A stretch of DNA of 64,000 bases from Acidimicrobiales bacterium (GTDB lineage: Bacteria; Actinomycetota; Acidimicrobiia; Acidimicrobiales; CATQHL01), in contig CBDBQD010000002.1 in the NCBI GenBank assembly GCA_965209115.1, forward strand, positions 327,890 through 391,889, written 5' to 3'. Position 1 is the first letter of the stretch. The number at the start of each line of letters is the position of its first letter. The notes beneath the pieces were generated by a model. The model saw nothing but the letters and a program-made list of their open reading frames with translations, had not been told where the DNA came from and searched no databases. The position numbers and the translations under genes were made by a program. Below, in pieces: positions 35,650-45,184 of the stretch.

Positions 35650-36975
35650 TCACGTTCTCGCCCTCCGGCGCGCTGGCTTCGCCGGCTGGGAGGCGGCGAT
35701 CCGCTCGAGGAGCACCGACGCAGGCTCATCGTCAGGATCCTGCGGCACCAGCCGACCGGAGAACGCAGCAGCGAGCACCGACCGGCGGAGTGCAGCAATG
35801 CGGTCGAAGGCGAGGCTGAGTGTTGCCCGCGATTGCTCGACTGCCTGCATCCGTTGGTCGATCCGTGCAACCACATCGTCTTGGACCGCCAGCGGCGCGA
35901 CCGGAATCGGGAAACGGGCAAGCCCTTGCTTGCCAAGGTGGCGGATGTTGACCCCGCGTCCAGCCTCACCGAACGCACCGCGTAGTGCGGAAAGGTAGCA
36001 ATACCAATAGAGATAGCGAAGACTGACGGCTCTTGGCCGCAGCCGGAGCAGAGTGTTCTGAAAGCAGCAGTTCGCGATCTGTCCGTCCCAGATTGCTGGC
36101 TTGCCGACTTCGTTAGGACTGCCAGAAGCCTCGTTGAGCAACAGATCTCCTCGGGTCAGCCGGTACTTCTCGAAGTCAGCACCGCCAAAGTTCATTGTCT
36201 TCACGTCATCGAGAACGATGCCCTCCCAGGAAACGTTGGCGGATCTCAAGTACGGGCGCATTTGCTCACCAGAATGATGCTGAGGCGAACGCTGCCGACC
36301 AAGCTGTACGCTGGCGACCTGCGAGATTGTCATCTCCCGCCAGCCATCGGGAAGTTGGCGCTGGGCGTGGAAGGCCTCGGCGAGGATCGATGATCTGAGG
36401 CTGTCGAGTCGGGTCAGGCTCTGGCGTAACGTGGCCTCGGCGGCGTCGAGGCGGGAGAAGTGCTCTTCGATGGCAGCAACGATCCGCTTCTGCTCCGCAC
36501 CAGGGGCAATCGGGATCGGGAATCGGGCGAGGCCTTGCTTGCCGAGATGCCTGATGTTCACGCCCCGACCAGCATCGCCGAAGCGACCACCTCGGGCCGA
36601 TAGATGGCAGTACCAGTACACGTATCCTCGATCGAGTTCGTGCGTCTGAAGGCGCAGCAGCGTGTTCTGGAAGCAGCAGCCGTCGATCTCGCCGCGCCAA
36701 ATCGCGGGCTTGCCGACCTCATTCGGGCTGCCTGACGCCTCATTGAGCAGGAGGTCGCCAGCCCGGAGCCGGTACTTCTCAAAGTCAGCATCGTCGAAGT
36801 TCATTTCCTTGACGTCGCCAAGGTCGATCCCGCTCCAAGTGACGTTGGCCGATCGGAGGTACGGGCGCATCTGATCACCCGTGTGGTGTTGCGGGGAACG
36901 CTGGCGGCCCAGCTGTACTTCAGCAACGTCGGACATGTTCGCCCATGCCCAGCCGGAGGGCAGCGCGTCGCTCAC
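35650..36975 (-). CDS. hsdS: type I R-M specificity subunit with two closely similar target-recognition halves
   Basis: Two halves share LGRQRSPQHH.G.QMRPYLRSANV.W...DLLLNEASGSPNEVGKPAIW...CCFQNTLLRL...GVNIRHLGKQGLARFPIP. GTG 36975 overlaps the hsdR stop (GTGA). Confidence 0.88.
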   Translation of the reverse strand: MSDALPSGWAWANMSDVAEVQLGRQRSPQHHTGDQMRPYLRSANVTWSGIDLGDVKEMNFDDADFEKYRLRAGDLLLNEASGSPNEVGKPAIWRGEIDGCCFQNTLLRLQTHELDRGYVYWYCHLSARGGRFGDAGRGVNIRHLGKQGLARFPIPIAPGAEQKRIVAAIEEHFSRLDAAEATLRQSLTRLDSLRSSILAEAFHAQRQLPDGWREMTISQVASVQLGRQRSPQHHSGEQMRPYLRSANVSWEGIVLDDVKTMNFGGADFEKYRLTRGDLLLNEASGSPNEVGKPAIWDGQIANCCFQNTLLRLRPRAVSLRYLYWYCYLSALRGAFGEAGRGVNIRHLGKQGLARFPIPVAPLAVQDDVVARIDQRMQAVEQSRATLSLAFDRIAALRRSVLAAAFSGRLVPQDPDDEPASVLLERIAASQPAKPARRRART

Positions 36976-39791
36976 GCCACCAGTACCTCCATCAGTTCGT
37001 CCATCAGGGGCGTGAGTTCTTCTCCGAAGAGTTGGAGGGCGCGGCCGTAGCCGCCGTGGGTGCTGAACGGAGGGTTCCTGAAGTCGTACGGGGCGATCAT
37101 CAGGCTCGTTGCCAGGTGATCGCGGATCAGGCGGAGGTAGGCGACCTGCTCGTCTGTGAATGCACGGCCGGCGTTTCGCTGCTGCTGAAGCCACGCCTCG
37201 AAGCGCTCGTTGACCAGGTCGGGGTAGGCGACCAACTCATCGGTCCGGCCGAGCGCGTAGCGGACGAGGCTGACGAGGTCGGTGTTCACGCGGTGGCCTG
37301 AGCCGCGCACCTTGTTGGCGTCGAGGCTCTCGTAGGCGGCCCATAGGTCTTTGGTGGTCCAGCGGTGGGGTGGGCGGGCGATGGCGTTGGCCAGTTCCTT
37401 GACGTCGGTATAGGTGAACCCGCCACGGGGTTGGCCATAGAGCACCTGGAGGGCGGTGATCTGGTCGCGGTTCTCTTCGATGAACTTTCGGAACGACTCG
37501 ACTTGGCGGCGGGCCCTGTCGGTGGCGTCGACGGAGAACCCTTCGGAGATGACCGTATCGGGTGAGGCCGAGTCGATCATCTGCTCGTAGCTTCGGCGGA
37601 CCTCGATCAGCTTCTGCCGCAACTCCGGGTTGCCGGCCAGCGGCTCCAGGGCCTGGCGGACGATCCTCTCTCGGGCGGCGGCGACCTGCTCGACGGAGGG
37701 ATCATCGGTGCCGACGGCCTCGGCGGCGGCTTCGATGTGCCGGTCGGGGTCGAGCGCCTCCACCAGTTGATGGGCCAAAGCGCTGAGGCTCATGCCGGCG
37801 ATCTTCTCCACTTCGGCGCGGTCTTCGGCGGTCATGCGCTGGTCGAGTCGGGCGAGGCGTGACGCCACCGACGACACGGTGGCCTCGTCGGTGGAGCCGA
37901 GACCGATGCGGGCCAGGAGTTGGTCGAAGCTCTCGTGGCGGTTGCGTTCGAGCGGCACGGTCTCGGGCAGGTCGTCGTCGGTCACGCCGACGGCGTCGAC
38001 GAGCACGAAGCGGTCCTTGACGGTGGCGTCGGGGGTGACGGCCCGGAGGTCGTTGGGGTCGATGACCCGCACGCCGCGGCCCTTCATCTGCTCGAAGTAG
38101 TTGCGGCTGCGCACCCGGCGCATGAACACCACGCACTCGATGGGTTTCACGTCGGTGCCGGTGGCGATGAGGTCCACGGTCACCGCGATGCGGGGGTTGT
38201 AGGCGTTGCGGAACTGCGCCAGCAGGTCCTCGGGGCGGTGGCCGGCGTCGCCGGAGCGGTAGGTGATCTTCACCGCGCTCTCGTTGCCGAGACCGAACTC
38301 CTCGCGCACGATCTGGACGATGTCATCGGCGTGGCTGTCGTCCTTGGCGAAGATCAGCGTCTTGGGGACGTGACGCAGCCTCCCGTCCGAGCGCCGCTCG
38401 CGGTCACCGAACATCGTCGGCAGCGAATCCCGCAACGTCGCCACAATTGTGCGGATCTGGTCGGGCGCCACCACCCGGCGGTCCAACTCGGCGGCGTCGT
38501 AGTCCACATCCTCATCGACGAGCTCGAGGCGCTGGGAGCGGGTCAGGCGGTCGCGGAACTCCGTGACGAACCCGGCGCGCACGGTGCCGCCGCCCTCGCT
38601 GATCTCGGTGCGGATCCGGAACACGTCGAAGTCCACGTTCACCCGGTCCGCCACCGCCTCCGCGTGGCCGTACTCGGTGACCAGGTTCTGCTCGAAGAAC
38701 GCGAAGGTCTGGATGCCCGGCGTGGCGGTCAGGCCGACGATGAACGCGTCGAAGTACTCCAGCACCTGCCGCCACACCCCGTAGATGGAGCGGTGGCACT
38801 CGTCGACGACGATCACGTCGTAGGACTCGACGGGCACCGCCGGGTTGTACACCACCTCCACCGGCTGCTCCGGCGCCACCTCGAAACCGGACCGCTCGTC
38901 GACGGCCTCGTCGATCTCCTCGCCCCCCAGCAGCGAGTGCAGCCGCTGGATCGTCGAGACGTGCACCTTCGTGGCCCCCTCGGTCGCCATGTCGAGGCGC
39001 GAGGAGGTGAGCCGGCGCACGTTGTACAACTCGGTGAACTTCCGGCCGTCATCAGGCGTGTCGAAACCCTCGAACTCCCGCACGGCCTGGCGGCCCAGAT
39101 TCGCCCGATCCACCAGGAACAGCACACGCCGCGCCCCGGCATGGCGCACCAGCCGATAGATGGCATTGACGGCCGTGAAGGTCTTCCCCGCACCCGTGGC
39201 CATCTGGATCAGCGCCCGCTGCCGGTTGTCCCCCAGTGACACCTCGAGGCTTCGGACCGCCTCGGCCTGGGCGGGCCACAGCCCTCGGAGATCCAACTCG
39301 GGCAGCAACCGCAGGCCGGCGCGCAACGTACCGGCGCCAGTCTCCACGTGGTCGATGACCCACCGGGCCAGCGTCTCCGGCCGGTGGAAGCCGAACACCC
39401 GCCGGGACGTCGGCACCGGATCCAGGCCGCACGTGAACCGGGTCTCGACGCCGGTGGACTCGTAACCGAACGGCAAAACGCCGTCCACCTGGAAACTCGG
39501 CAACTCTCCGGGATACGACTGCTGGTATCCCAAAGTCTGCGCCTCCACGCCCGTCAGCGTCGTCCCCACAGGCTTGGCCTCGATCACCCCCACCGCCTGG
39601 CAGTCCACGAACAGCACATAATCCGCCCGCCCCGCACCGACCGGCACCTCCCTCACCGCCACCCCCCGAGCCGCAGCCACCGCCGCAGACTTGTGATCCT
39701 GCACCACCCAACCACACGCCGCCAACTGCGCGTCAATGTCCCGCCGAGCCTCCTGCTCCGGCGTGAGCCCGCCCGCGGAATGGTCAGTCAT
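36972..39791 (-). CDS. hsdR: type I restriction enzyme R subunit
   Basis: N-terminal EQEARRDIDAQLAACGW, Walker A MATGAGKTFTAV, DEAH-type VVDECHRS, and a long helical C-terminal domain. ATG 39791 (MTDHSAGG) is preferred over the track start at 39875. Confidence 0.92.
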   Translation of the reverse strand: MTDHSAGGLTPEQEARRDIDAQLAACGWVVQDHKSAAVAAARGVAVREVPVGAGRADYVLFVDCQAVGVIEAKPVGTTLTGVEAQTLGYQQSYPGELPSFQVDGVLPFGYESTGVETRFTCGLDPVPTSRRVFGFHRPETLARWVIDHVETGAGTLRAGLRLLPELDLRGLWPAQAEAVRSLEVSLGDNRQRALIQMATGAGKTFTAVNAIYRLVRHAGARRVLFLVDRANLGRQAVREFEGFDTPDDGRKFTELYNVRRLTSSRLDMATEGATKVHVSTIQRLHSLLGGEEIDEAVDERSGFEVAPEQPVEVVYNPAVPVESYDVIVVDECHRSIYGVWRQVLEYFDAFIVGLTATPGIQTFAFFEQNLVTEYGHAEAVADRVNVDFDVFRIRTEISEGGGTVRAGFVTEFRDRLTRSQRLELVDEDVDYDAAELDRRVVAPDQIRTIVATLRDSLPTMFGDRERRSDGRLRHVPKTLIFAKDDSHADDIVQIVREEFGLGNESAVKITYRSGDAGHRPEDLLAQFRNAYNPRIAVTVDLIATGTDVKPIECVVFMRRVRSRNYFEQMKGRGVRVIDPNDLRAVTPDATVKDRFVLVDAVGVTDDDLPETVPLERNRHESFDQLLARIGLGSTDEATVSSVASRLARLDQRMTAEDRAEVEKIAGMSLSALAHQLVEALDPDRHIEAAAEAVGTDDPSVEQVAAARERIVRQALEPLAGNPELRQKLIEVRRSYEQMIDSASPDTVISEGFSVDATDRARRQVESFRKFIEENRDQITALQVLYGQPRGGFTYTDVKELANAIARPPHRWTTKDLWAAYESLDANKVRGSGHRVNTDLVSLVRYALGRTDELVAYPDLVNERFEAWLQQQRNAGRAFTDEQVAYLRLIRDHLATSLMIAPYDFRNPPFSTHGGYGRALQLFGEELTPLMDELMEVLVA

Positions 39792-39914
39792 GGTGCCGAT
39801 CCGGGAGACGGTAGTGGCTGCTCCGGAATGACTCTCATGCTGCAAGGGATGCCGCCGGTGGTGGGTCCGAGACAATGGAATGCCGGCCGGGTTGCCCTGC
39901 GCGCGATCACTAGG

Positions 39915-40178
39915 TCAACTCGGTCGGTAGATGTCCCGGCGGGGTTGGATGCGGTGCACGATCACGAGTCGTTCTCTCTCGTCGATCTCGTAGATGATGC
40001 GGTAATCGCCTCGACGGGCGACTCGGAGACCTTCGAGCCGGCCGCCAAGCTGCTTGCCGAGCCTCTGGGGGTTCTCTGCGAGCGGGCCGGAGATGGTCGC
40101 TACGACGGCGGGGCGCACCTTGGCGGGGAGCCGGTCCAGCGAGCGCGCGCCTTCGGGAGTGATCTTGAGCTGATACAC
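39915..40178 (-). CDS. parE: ParE/RelE family type II toxin
   Basis: 87 aa with ...GDYRIIYEIDERERLVIVHRIQPRRDIY, typical of the family. It follows a Phd-type gene after a 9-nt gap. Confidence 0.85.
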   Translation of the reverse strand: MYQLKITPEGARSLDRLPAKVRPAVVATISGPLAENPQRLGKQLGGRLEGLRVARRGDYRIIYEIDERERLVIVHRIQPRRDIYRPS

Positions 40179-40187
40179 CCCGTCGAC

Positions 40188-40442
40188 TCAGAGAAGATCG
40201 CGCAGTGGAAGCAGCTGCCCTTCAGCGGCCTCGAGACGCGACTTGCGAAGCGAGTCGATCAACTCGTCGTCGCTGAGTATCTCGATGGTCTCCTCGAGGG
40301 ACTCCAGATCGTCGGGACTCACGAGGACGAACGAGGGTCGGCCGTTGCGGGTGACAAGGATGCGATCGTGCTGGCGTTCCACCCGGTCGGCCAACTCGGA
40401 TAGATGCGCCTTGGCCTCGGAGAAGGGAAGTGTGTCGCTCAC
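40188..40442 (-). CDS. phd: Phd/YefM family antitoxin
   Basis: FSEAKAHLSELADRVERQHDRILVTRNGRPSFVLVSPDDLESLEETIEIL matches the Phd/YefM pattern. Confidence 0.88.
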   Translation of the reverse strand: MSDTLPFSEAKAHLSELADRVERQHDRILVTRNGRPSFVLVSPDDLESLEETIEILSDDELIDSLRKSRLEAAEGQLLPLRDLL

Positions 40443-40590
40443 GACGCGAGTATAGGTCAGATATTTGACCTATACCTTCCCCGCCGGGCCGGGGCCCGAT
40501 GTCGGATGAAACGCCCCGAGTCCGATCACCGCCACCGACCATGCAGCGTCTCGGCGAGGACTGTCGCATGCCACGTCTATCGTCGGCGAC

Positions 40591-40887
40591 ATGACCGAAC
40601 CGCGACGGACTGCACGCCGGGGCGACTGGGAGGCGCACCCGCTCACGGCGCCGGAGACGATTCCGCCGCCCGTTCGGGTTTGGACATCGGAGGAGATGGA
40701 GCGGATCCGGCGCGGCTACATCCCCAGCATCATGGAGGAGAAGTGGTTCATCTTCGTGGAGGAGGACCGCCTGTTCGCGCATCGCAGTTGGACGGGTCTG
40801 GGCGTGTATGAGGCGATCTTCGCTCGTGTCGAAGGCGGCTATGCCTTCAACCAGGAAACCTTCGACGCTTACGCCGAATTCGGCTGA
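40591..40887 (+). CDS. hypothetical protein
   Basis: 98-aa ORF with reasonable codon bias; no motif recognised. Confidence 0.45.
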   Translation: MTEPRRTARRGDWEAHPLTAPETIPPPVRVWTSEEMERIRRGYIPSIMEEKWFIFVEEDRLFAHRSWTGLGVYEAIFARVEGGYAFNQETFDAYAEFG

Positions 40888-40970
40888 GAGAGGTTCGTTC
40901 GAGCCATGAATGCCCCGGGCACTTTGCCACCTGAACCGAGTCTCGCCGTTCACTCTGGAGAGGGTCAGCC

Positions 40971-41453
40971 ATGACTACGCCCTCGGAGTTCCCTCCGGCG
41001 CCCGAGTTGGCGATCAGCCGCTGGTTCAACACGGACGACACCCCGACTCTGGCCGGCCTCCGGGGCGAGGTCGTGGTGATCGAGGCGTTCCAGATGCTCT
41101 GCCCGGGCTGCGTCTCCCACGGGCTGCCCCTGGCCCAGCGCATCCATCAGACATTCGGCGACGACCTCACCGTGCTGGGGCTGCACTGCGTTTTCGAGCA
41201 CCACGAGGCCATGACCCCGGTCTCGCTCGAAGCGTTCCTCTACGAGTACCGCATCACGTTCCCTGTGGGCGTCGATGCCCATGACCCCGGTGACGCCACA
41301 CCCATCACGATGGGCCGCTACCAGCTGAGGGGTACACCGAGTCTGGTGGTCGTCGACCGGGCCGGGCGCATCCGCGTCAACGCGCTCGGCCGGGCGGACG
41401 ACATCGTGGTCGGCGCAACCCTGGCCCGCCTCATCGACGAGCCGCGTCCCTGA
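40971..41453 (+). CDS. thioredoxin-fold thiol-disulfide oxidoreductase (TlpA/redoxin-like)
   Basis: CPGC active site in VVIEAFQMLCPGCVSHG; cis-Pro region GTPSLVVVD. Confidence 0.8.
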   Translation: MTTPSEFPPAPELAISRWFNTDDTPTLAGLRGEVVVIEAFQMLCPGCVSHGLPLAQRIHQTFGDDLTVLGLHCVFEHHEAMTPVSLEAFLYEYRITFPVGVDAHDPGDATPITMGRYQLRGTPSLVVVDRAGRIRVNALGRADDIVVGATLARLIDEPRP

Positions 41454-41697
41454 CCGACGGCGGGCCGTCCCCGGACATCCCCGGACATCAGGTGCGCCGC
41501 GGCTACCGCTGAGTGTTGCGGCGCAGTGACGCCCGATGGTCCGGTCGTTACACCGAACTGCATGGGTGCCTCCACTTTCTCGGCACCGGTGCAGCCGACA
41601 AGAGCGAGCAACCTGGGCCGCGATGAACAGTCGGTGCACGATGACCGCGCGCCGATACACCGCTTCTTCGGGTTTCTTCGCTGCTGTGATGTTATGA

Positions 41698-41711
41698 TGC
41701 GCATATGCGCA
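41698..41711. promoter_or_regulatory. perfect 14-bp palindrome spanning the vapB start codon
   Basis: tgcgcatatgcgca, with ATG 41705 at its centre. Candidate autoregulatory operator. Confidence 0.4.
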
Positions 41712-41941
41712 CTACGGTGTCAATCGATGACGAGGTCTACGAGGAAGCCCGCCGGATAGCGTTCGATTCGCGCCGGACGCTTGGCGAGGTCATCAATGAA
41801 CTGCTCGCCGAGGGGCTCAAGCTCGTTTCCCCACCACCGGAGCGTCGTCGTCTCGGACAGCTTCGAGGCACGATCACGATCGCCGACGACTTCGACGACA
41901 CGCCCCGTGAGGTGTTGGACTCGCTCGACGCCGCGCTCTGA
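41705..41941 (+). CDS. vapB: VapB-type antitoxin
   Basis: MRTTVSIDDEVYEEARRIA N-terminus typical of VapB/DUF2191-type antitoxins. Its stop overlaps the vapC ATG (TGATG). Confidence 0.85.
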   Translation: MRTTVSIDDEVYEEARRIAFDSRRTLGEVINELLAEGLKLVSPPPERRRLGQLRGTITIADDFDDTPREVLDSLDAAL

Positions 41942-42321
41942 TGGCGACACTCCTGCTCGACACCCACGTCCTGCTCTGGGCCAACGAGGCGCCGGAGCGG
42001 CTCTCGGCCGAAGCGGTCGCCGCGCTGGAGGACCCGGCGAACGACCTGCTGGTGTCGTCGGTCTCGGTCGCCGAGATCGAGATCAAGCGACGGCTCGGCA
42101 AGCTGGCCATGGAGCACAGCTGCGACACACTCAGATCACGGCTCGGCGCGACCTGGCTGGACCTGACCGCTACTCATGCCATGAAGCTGCGCACTCTGCC
42201 CAGTCTCCATGCCGATCCGTTCGACCGGCTCCTCATCGCCCAAGCACTGACCGAGAAGTGCACGCTCGTCACCGCCGATGACACGATCCTCGCCTACCCG
42301 CTAATGACGCTATCCGCGTAG
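41941..42321 (+). CDS. vapC: PIN-domain toxin VapC
   Basis: LLLDTHVLLW N-terminal acidic motif; ...DPFDRLLIAQAL...LVTAD C-terminal PIN motifs. Confidence 0.88.
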   Translation: MATLLLDTHVLLWANEAPERLSAEAVAALEDPANDLLVSSVSVAEIEIKRRLGKLAMEHSCDTLRSRLGATWLDLTATHAMKLRTLPSLHADPFDRLLIAQALTEKCTLVTADDTILAYPLMTLSA

Positions 42322-42401
42322 CGACGGGTCAGACCATCACTTCGAACACGATCCGCGGCGTCTACCCGCTGTTGACGCTCGTCGCGTGACGCCGGGCCGG
42401 C

Positions 42402-44174
42402 CTACGCCGGCTCGATCAGCACCACCAGGTCGCCGCCGCCGACCAGATCCCCGGCTGCCACCCGCACCTCGCTGACGGTGCCGTTGCAGGCGGCGAGGAG
42501 GTTGTTCTCCATCTTCATGGCCTCCAGCACCACGACCGGGTCGCCGGCTGCCACGGTGCCGCCCACGGTCACCAGCACCTTCACGACGGTGCCCTGCATG
42601 GGGGTGCGCACCTCGCCGCCGCCCCCGCCGGTCCCCGAGCCGCTCCCGGAGGTCCGCCGCGGCCGGCGGCCGGGTCGCTGATCCGCCGCCGGTGCTGCTG
42701 CCGCGGCTCCCGGCGGCATCCAGAGCTTCACCTTGTAGCGCTTGGAGTTGACCTCCACGTCGATGGTGTGGTGCACCTTCTCGCTGTCGCCTGTCAGCGC
42801 CAACTCCTCGGCCACCTGCATCGGCATCAGGCCCGAGAGGTCCAACTCGTCGGTCACCCAGCGGGTGGAGTGCGTCACCGCCGCGAAGTCAGGATGCGAG
42901 AGGATGGCCTCGTCGGCGGCGATGGTGGTGGCGACACCCTCCACCTCCATCTCCCCGAGCGCTCGCAGCGTGCGGCGGATGGCCGCGGGACGGTCGGCGC
43001 CCCAGCAGATGAGCTTGCCGATCAGGTTGTCGTAGAGCGGGCTGATCTCGTCGCCGGCCTCGTAGCCCGTGTCGAAGCGGGTGCCGAAACCGTCGGGAAC
43101 CACCAGCTTGGAGATGCGACCCGGCGAGGGCAGGAAGTGCCCGCCCGCGGGATCCTCGGCGTTGATGCGCACCTCGATGGCGTGTCCCCGCAGCTCCACG
43201 TCACTCTGGTCGAAGCCCAGCGGCTCGCCGGCCGCCACCCGGAGTTGCTGCTCCACCAGGTCGAGGCCGCAGATCATCTCGGTGGCGGGGTGCTCCACCT
43301 GCAGGCGCGTGTTCATCTCCAGGTACCAGAACTCCCCGTCCTGGTACAGGAACTCCACCGTGCCGGCGTTCACGTAGCCGCAGCCCCGCGCCACGGTCAC
43401 GGCCGACTCCCCCATGGCGGCGGCCACGTCGGCCGGGATGTCGGGGGCGGGCGCCTCCTCGATCAGCTTCTGGTGGCGGCGCTGCGCCGAGCAGTCACGA
43501 GTGCCCAGGTAGACGCAGTTGCCGTGCGCGTCGGCCAGGACCTGCACCTCCACGTGGCGCGGCCGGGGCAGGTAGCGCTCCAGGTACAGCTCGTCACGCC
43601 CGAAATAGGCGAGCGCCTCGCGCCGGGCCGAGTCCAGTGCCGCGTCGATCTCGCCGGCGGCGTGCACCACCTTCATGCCCCGCCCGCCGCCGCCGTAGGC
43701 GGCCTTGACCGCAATCGGGTAGCCGTGCTCGCCGGCGAAAGCCGAAACGTCCGCGGCGGTCTCCACCAGCGGCGTGCCCGGCACGCTGTGCACCCCCACG
43801 GTCTCGGCGGCCCGGCGGGCGGAGATCTTGTCGCCCATCACCTCGATCGCCTCCGGCGGCGGGCCGATGAAGGTGACGCCCATCTCCACGATGCGCCGGG
43901 CGAAGTCGGCGTTCTCGCTGAAGAACCCGTAACCGGGATGCACCGCTTCGGCGCCGCTGGCCTCGATGGCGGCGAGGATTGCGGGCACGTTGAGGTAGCT
44001 CTCCTCGCTGGACTGCCCCCCGAGGGCGTACGCCTCGTCGGCCAGACGCACGTGCAGGGCGTCGCGGTCGGGCTCGGAGTAGACGGCGATCGCCCTGATG
44101 CCCATCTCCCGGCACGTCCGGATCACCCGGACCGCTATCTCGCCGCGGTTGGCGATCAGAACCGAAGAAAACAC
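42402..44174 (-). CDS. accA: acyl-CoA carboxylase alpha subunit (biotin carboxylase + BCCP)
   Basis: LIANRGEIAVRVIR, the ATP-grasp region, and the biotin site EAMKMEN. GTG 44174 (VFSSVLIANRG). The track extension to 44456 overlaps birA. Confidence 0.92.
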   Translation of the reverse strand: MFSSVLIANRGEIAVRVIRTCREMGIRAIAVYSEPDRDALHVRLADEAYALGGQSSEESYLNVPAILAAIEASGAEAVHPGYGFFSENADFARRIVEMGVTFIGPPPEAIEVMGDKISARRAAETVGVHSVPGTPLVETAADVSAFAGEHGYPIAVKAAYGGGGRGMKVVHAAGEIDAALDSARREALAYFGRDELYLERYLPRPRHVEVQVLADAHGNCVYLGTRDCSAQRRHQKLIEEAPAPDIPADVAAAMGESAVTVARGCGYVNAGTVEFLYQDGEFWYLEMNTRLQVEHPATEMICGLDLVEQQLRVAAGEPLGFDQSDVELRGHAIEVRINAEDPAGGHFLPSPGRISKLVVPDGFGTRFDTGYEAGDEISPLYDNLIGKLICWGADRPAAIRRTLRALGEMEVEGVATTIAADEAILSHPDFAAVTHSTRWVTDELDLSGLMPMQVAEELALTGDSEKVHHTIDVEVNSKRYKVKLWMPPGAAAAAPAADQRPGRRPRRTSGSGSGTGGGGGEVRTPMQGTVVKVLVTVGGTVAAGDPVVVLEAMKMENNLLAACNGTVSEVRVAAGDLVGGGDLVVLIEPA

Positions 44175-44266
44175 GCCATATCGTGCCAGATCGTGAAGCC
44201 GATTACGCCCGAGCACCCGATCGGCGCCGCCGGGGGGCCGATCGCCGCAGGCGGGAACGCCGACCG

Positions 44267-45100
44267 ATGACACCCGACGAGGTGCGTGACTTCCTGGTGG
44301 GAACCGTCTTCGGCCCCGTCCGGTTCGTGGGCGACACCGGCTCGACCAACGCCGATCTTCTGGCCGAGGCCCGCGCCGGCGCACCCGAAGGGCTCGTGCT
44401 CGTGGCCGACCACCAGACGGCCGGGCGGGGTCGCCGCGGCAGGTCGTGGATGGCACCTGCCGGCTCGGCGCTGCTGGCCTCGGTGCTGCTGCGGCCGCGA
44501 CGGGCGGGCGGTTCCACGGCGCTGCTGTCTCCCGCGACGGCGCTGGCGGTGCGCGAGGCCTGCGCTGCGGCCGGCGCGGACGTACACCTGAAGTGGCCCA
44601 ACGACGTGATCGCCACCGCTCCGCGCGAGGCGAAGCTGGCGGGCGTGCTGGCGGAACTCCAGGCCGGACCCGACGGCGACGTGGCCGTGGTGGCGGGCTT
44701 CGGCGTCAATCTGCGGTCGCACGCGGCGCTGGCTCCGGCCGTGGCGGCGGACGCGGCTGCCGAGCCCGAGAGCGGCTTCGCGCCGCTGCCGCCCGTGGCC
44801 CTGGAGGCGATCACGGACCACGCACCGCACCGCAACGAGTTGCTGGTGTCGGTGTTGCTGCGTCTCGACGCCTGGTACCGGCGCCTGCGCGAGCCCGCCG
44901 GGGAGCGCGACCTGCTGGACGAACTCCGCAGCAACAGCGCCACGCTGGGACGCCACGTGCGCGTGCTGACACCAGCGGGCGCCATTGCCGGCCGGGCCGA
45001 GGACCTCACCGCCGACGGGCACCTCGTCGTCGTCACTGGCGCCGGCCCCGTGACTGTGTCCGCCGGCGACTGCCATCACCTGCGCGTCCAGCACCCCTGA
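44267..45100 (+). CDS. birA: biotin--[acetyl-CoA-carboxylase] ligase
   Basis: GRGRRGRSW motif. ATG 44267. Divergent from accA. Confidence 0.88.
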   Translation: MTPDEVRDFLVGTVFGPVRFVGDTGSTNADLLAEARAGAPEGLVLVADHQTAGRGRRGRSWMAPAGSALLASVLLRPRRAGGSTALLSPATALAVREACAAAGADVHLKWPNDVIATAPREAKLAGVLAELQAGPDGDVAVVAGFGVNLRSHAALAPAVAADAAAEPESGFAPLPPVALEAITDHAPHRNELLVSVLLRLDAWYRRLREPAGERDLLDELRSNSATLGRHVRVLTPAGAIAGRAEDLTADGHLVVVTGAGPVTVSAGDCHHLRVQHP

Positions 45101-45184
45101 GACGTCGGCGCGGCCTGCCCGCCGTTCTCTCGGCGAAACTACTATTCGGGCGAGTCGCATCGCATCGCTCCAAGGAGGTCGGAC

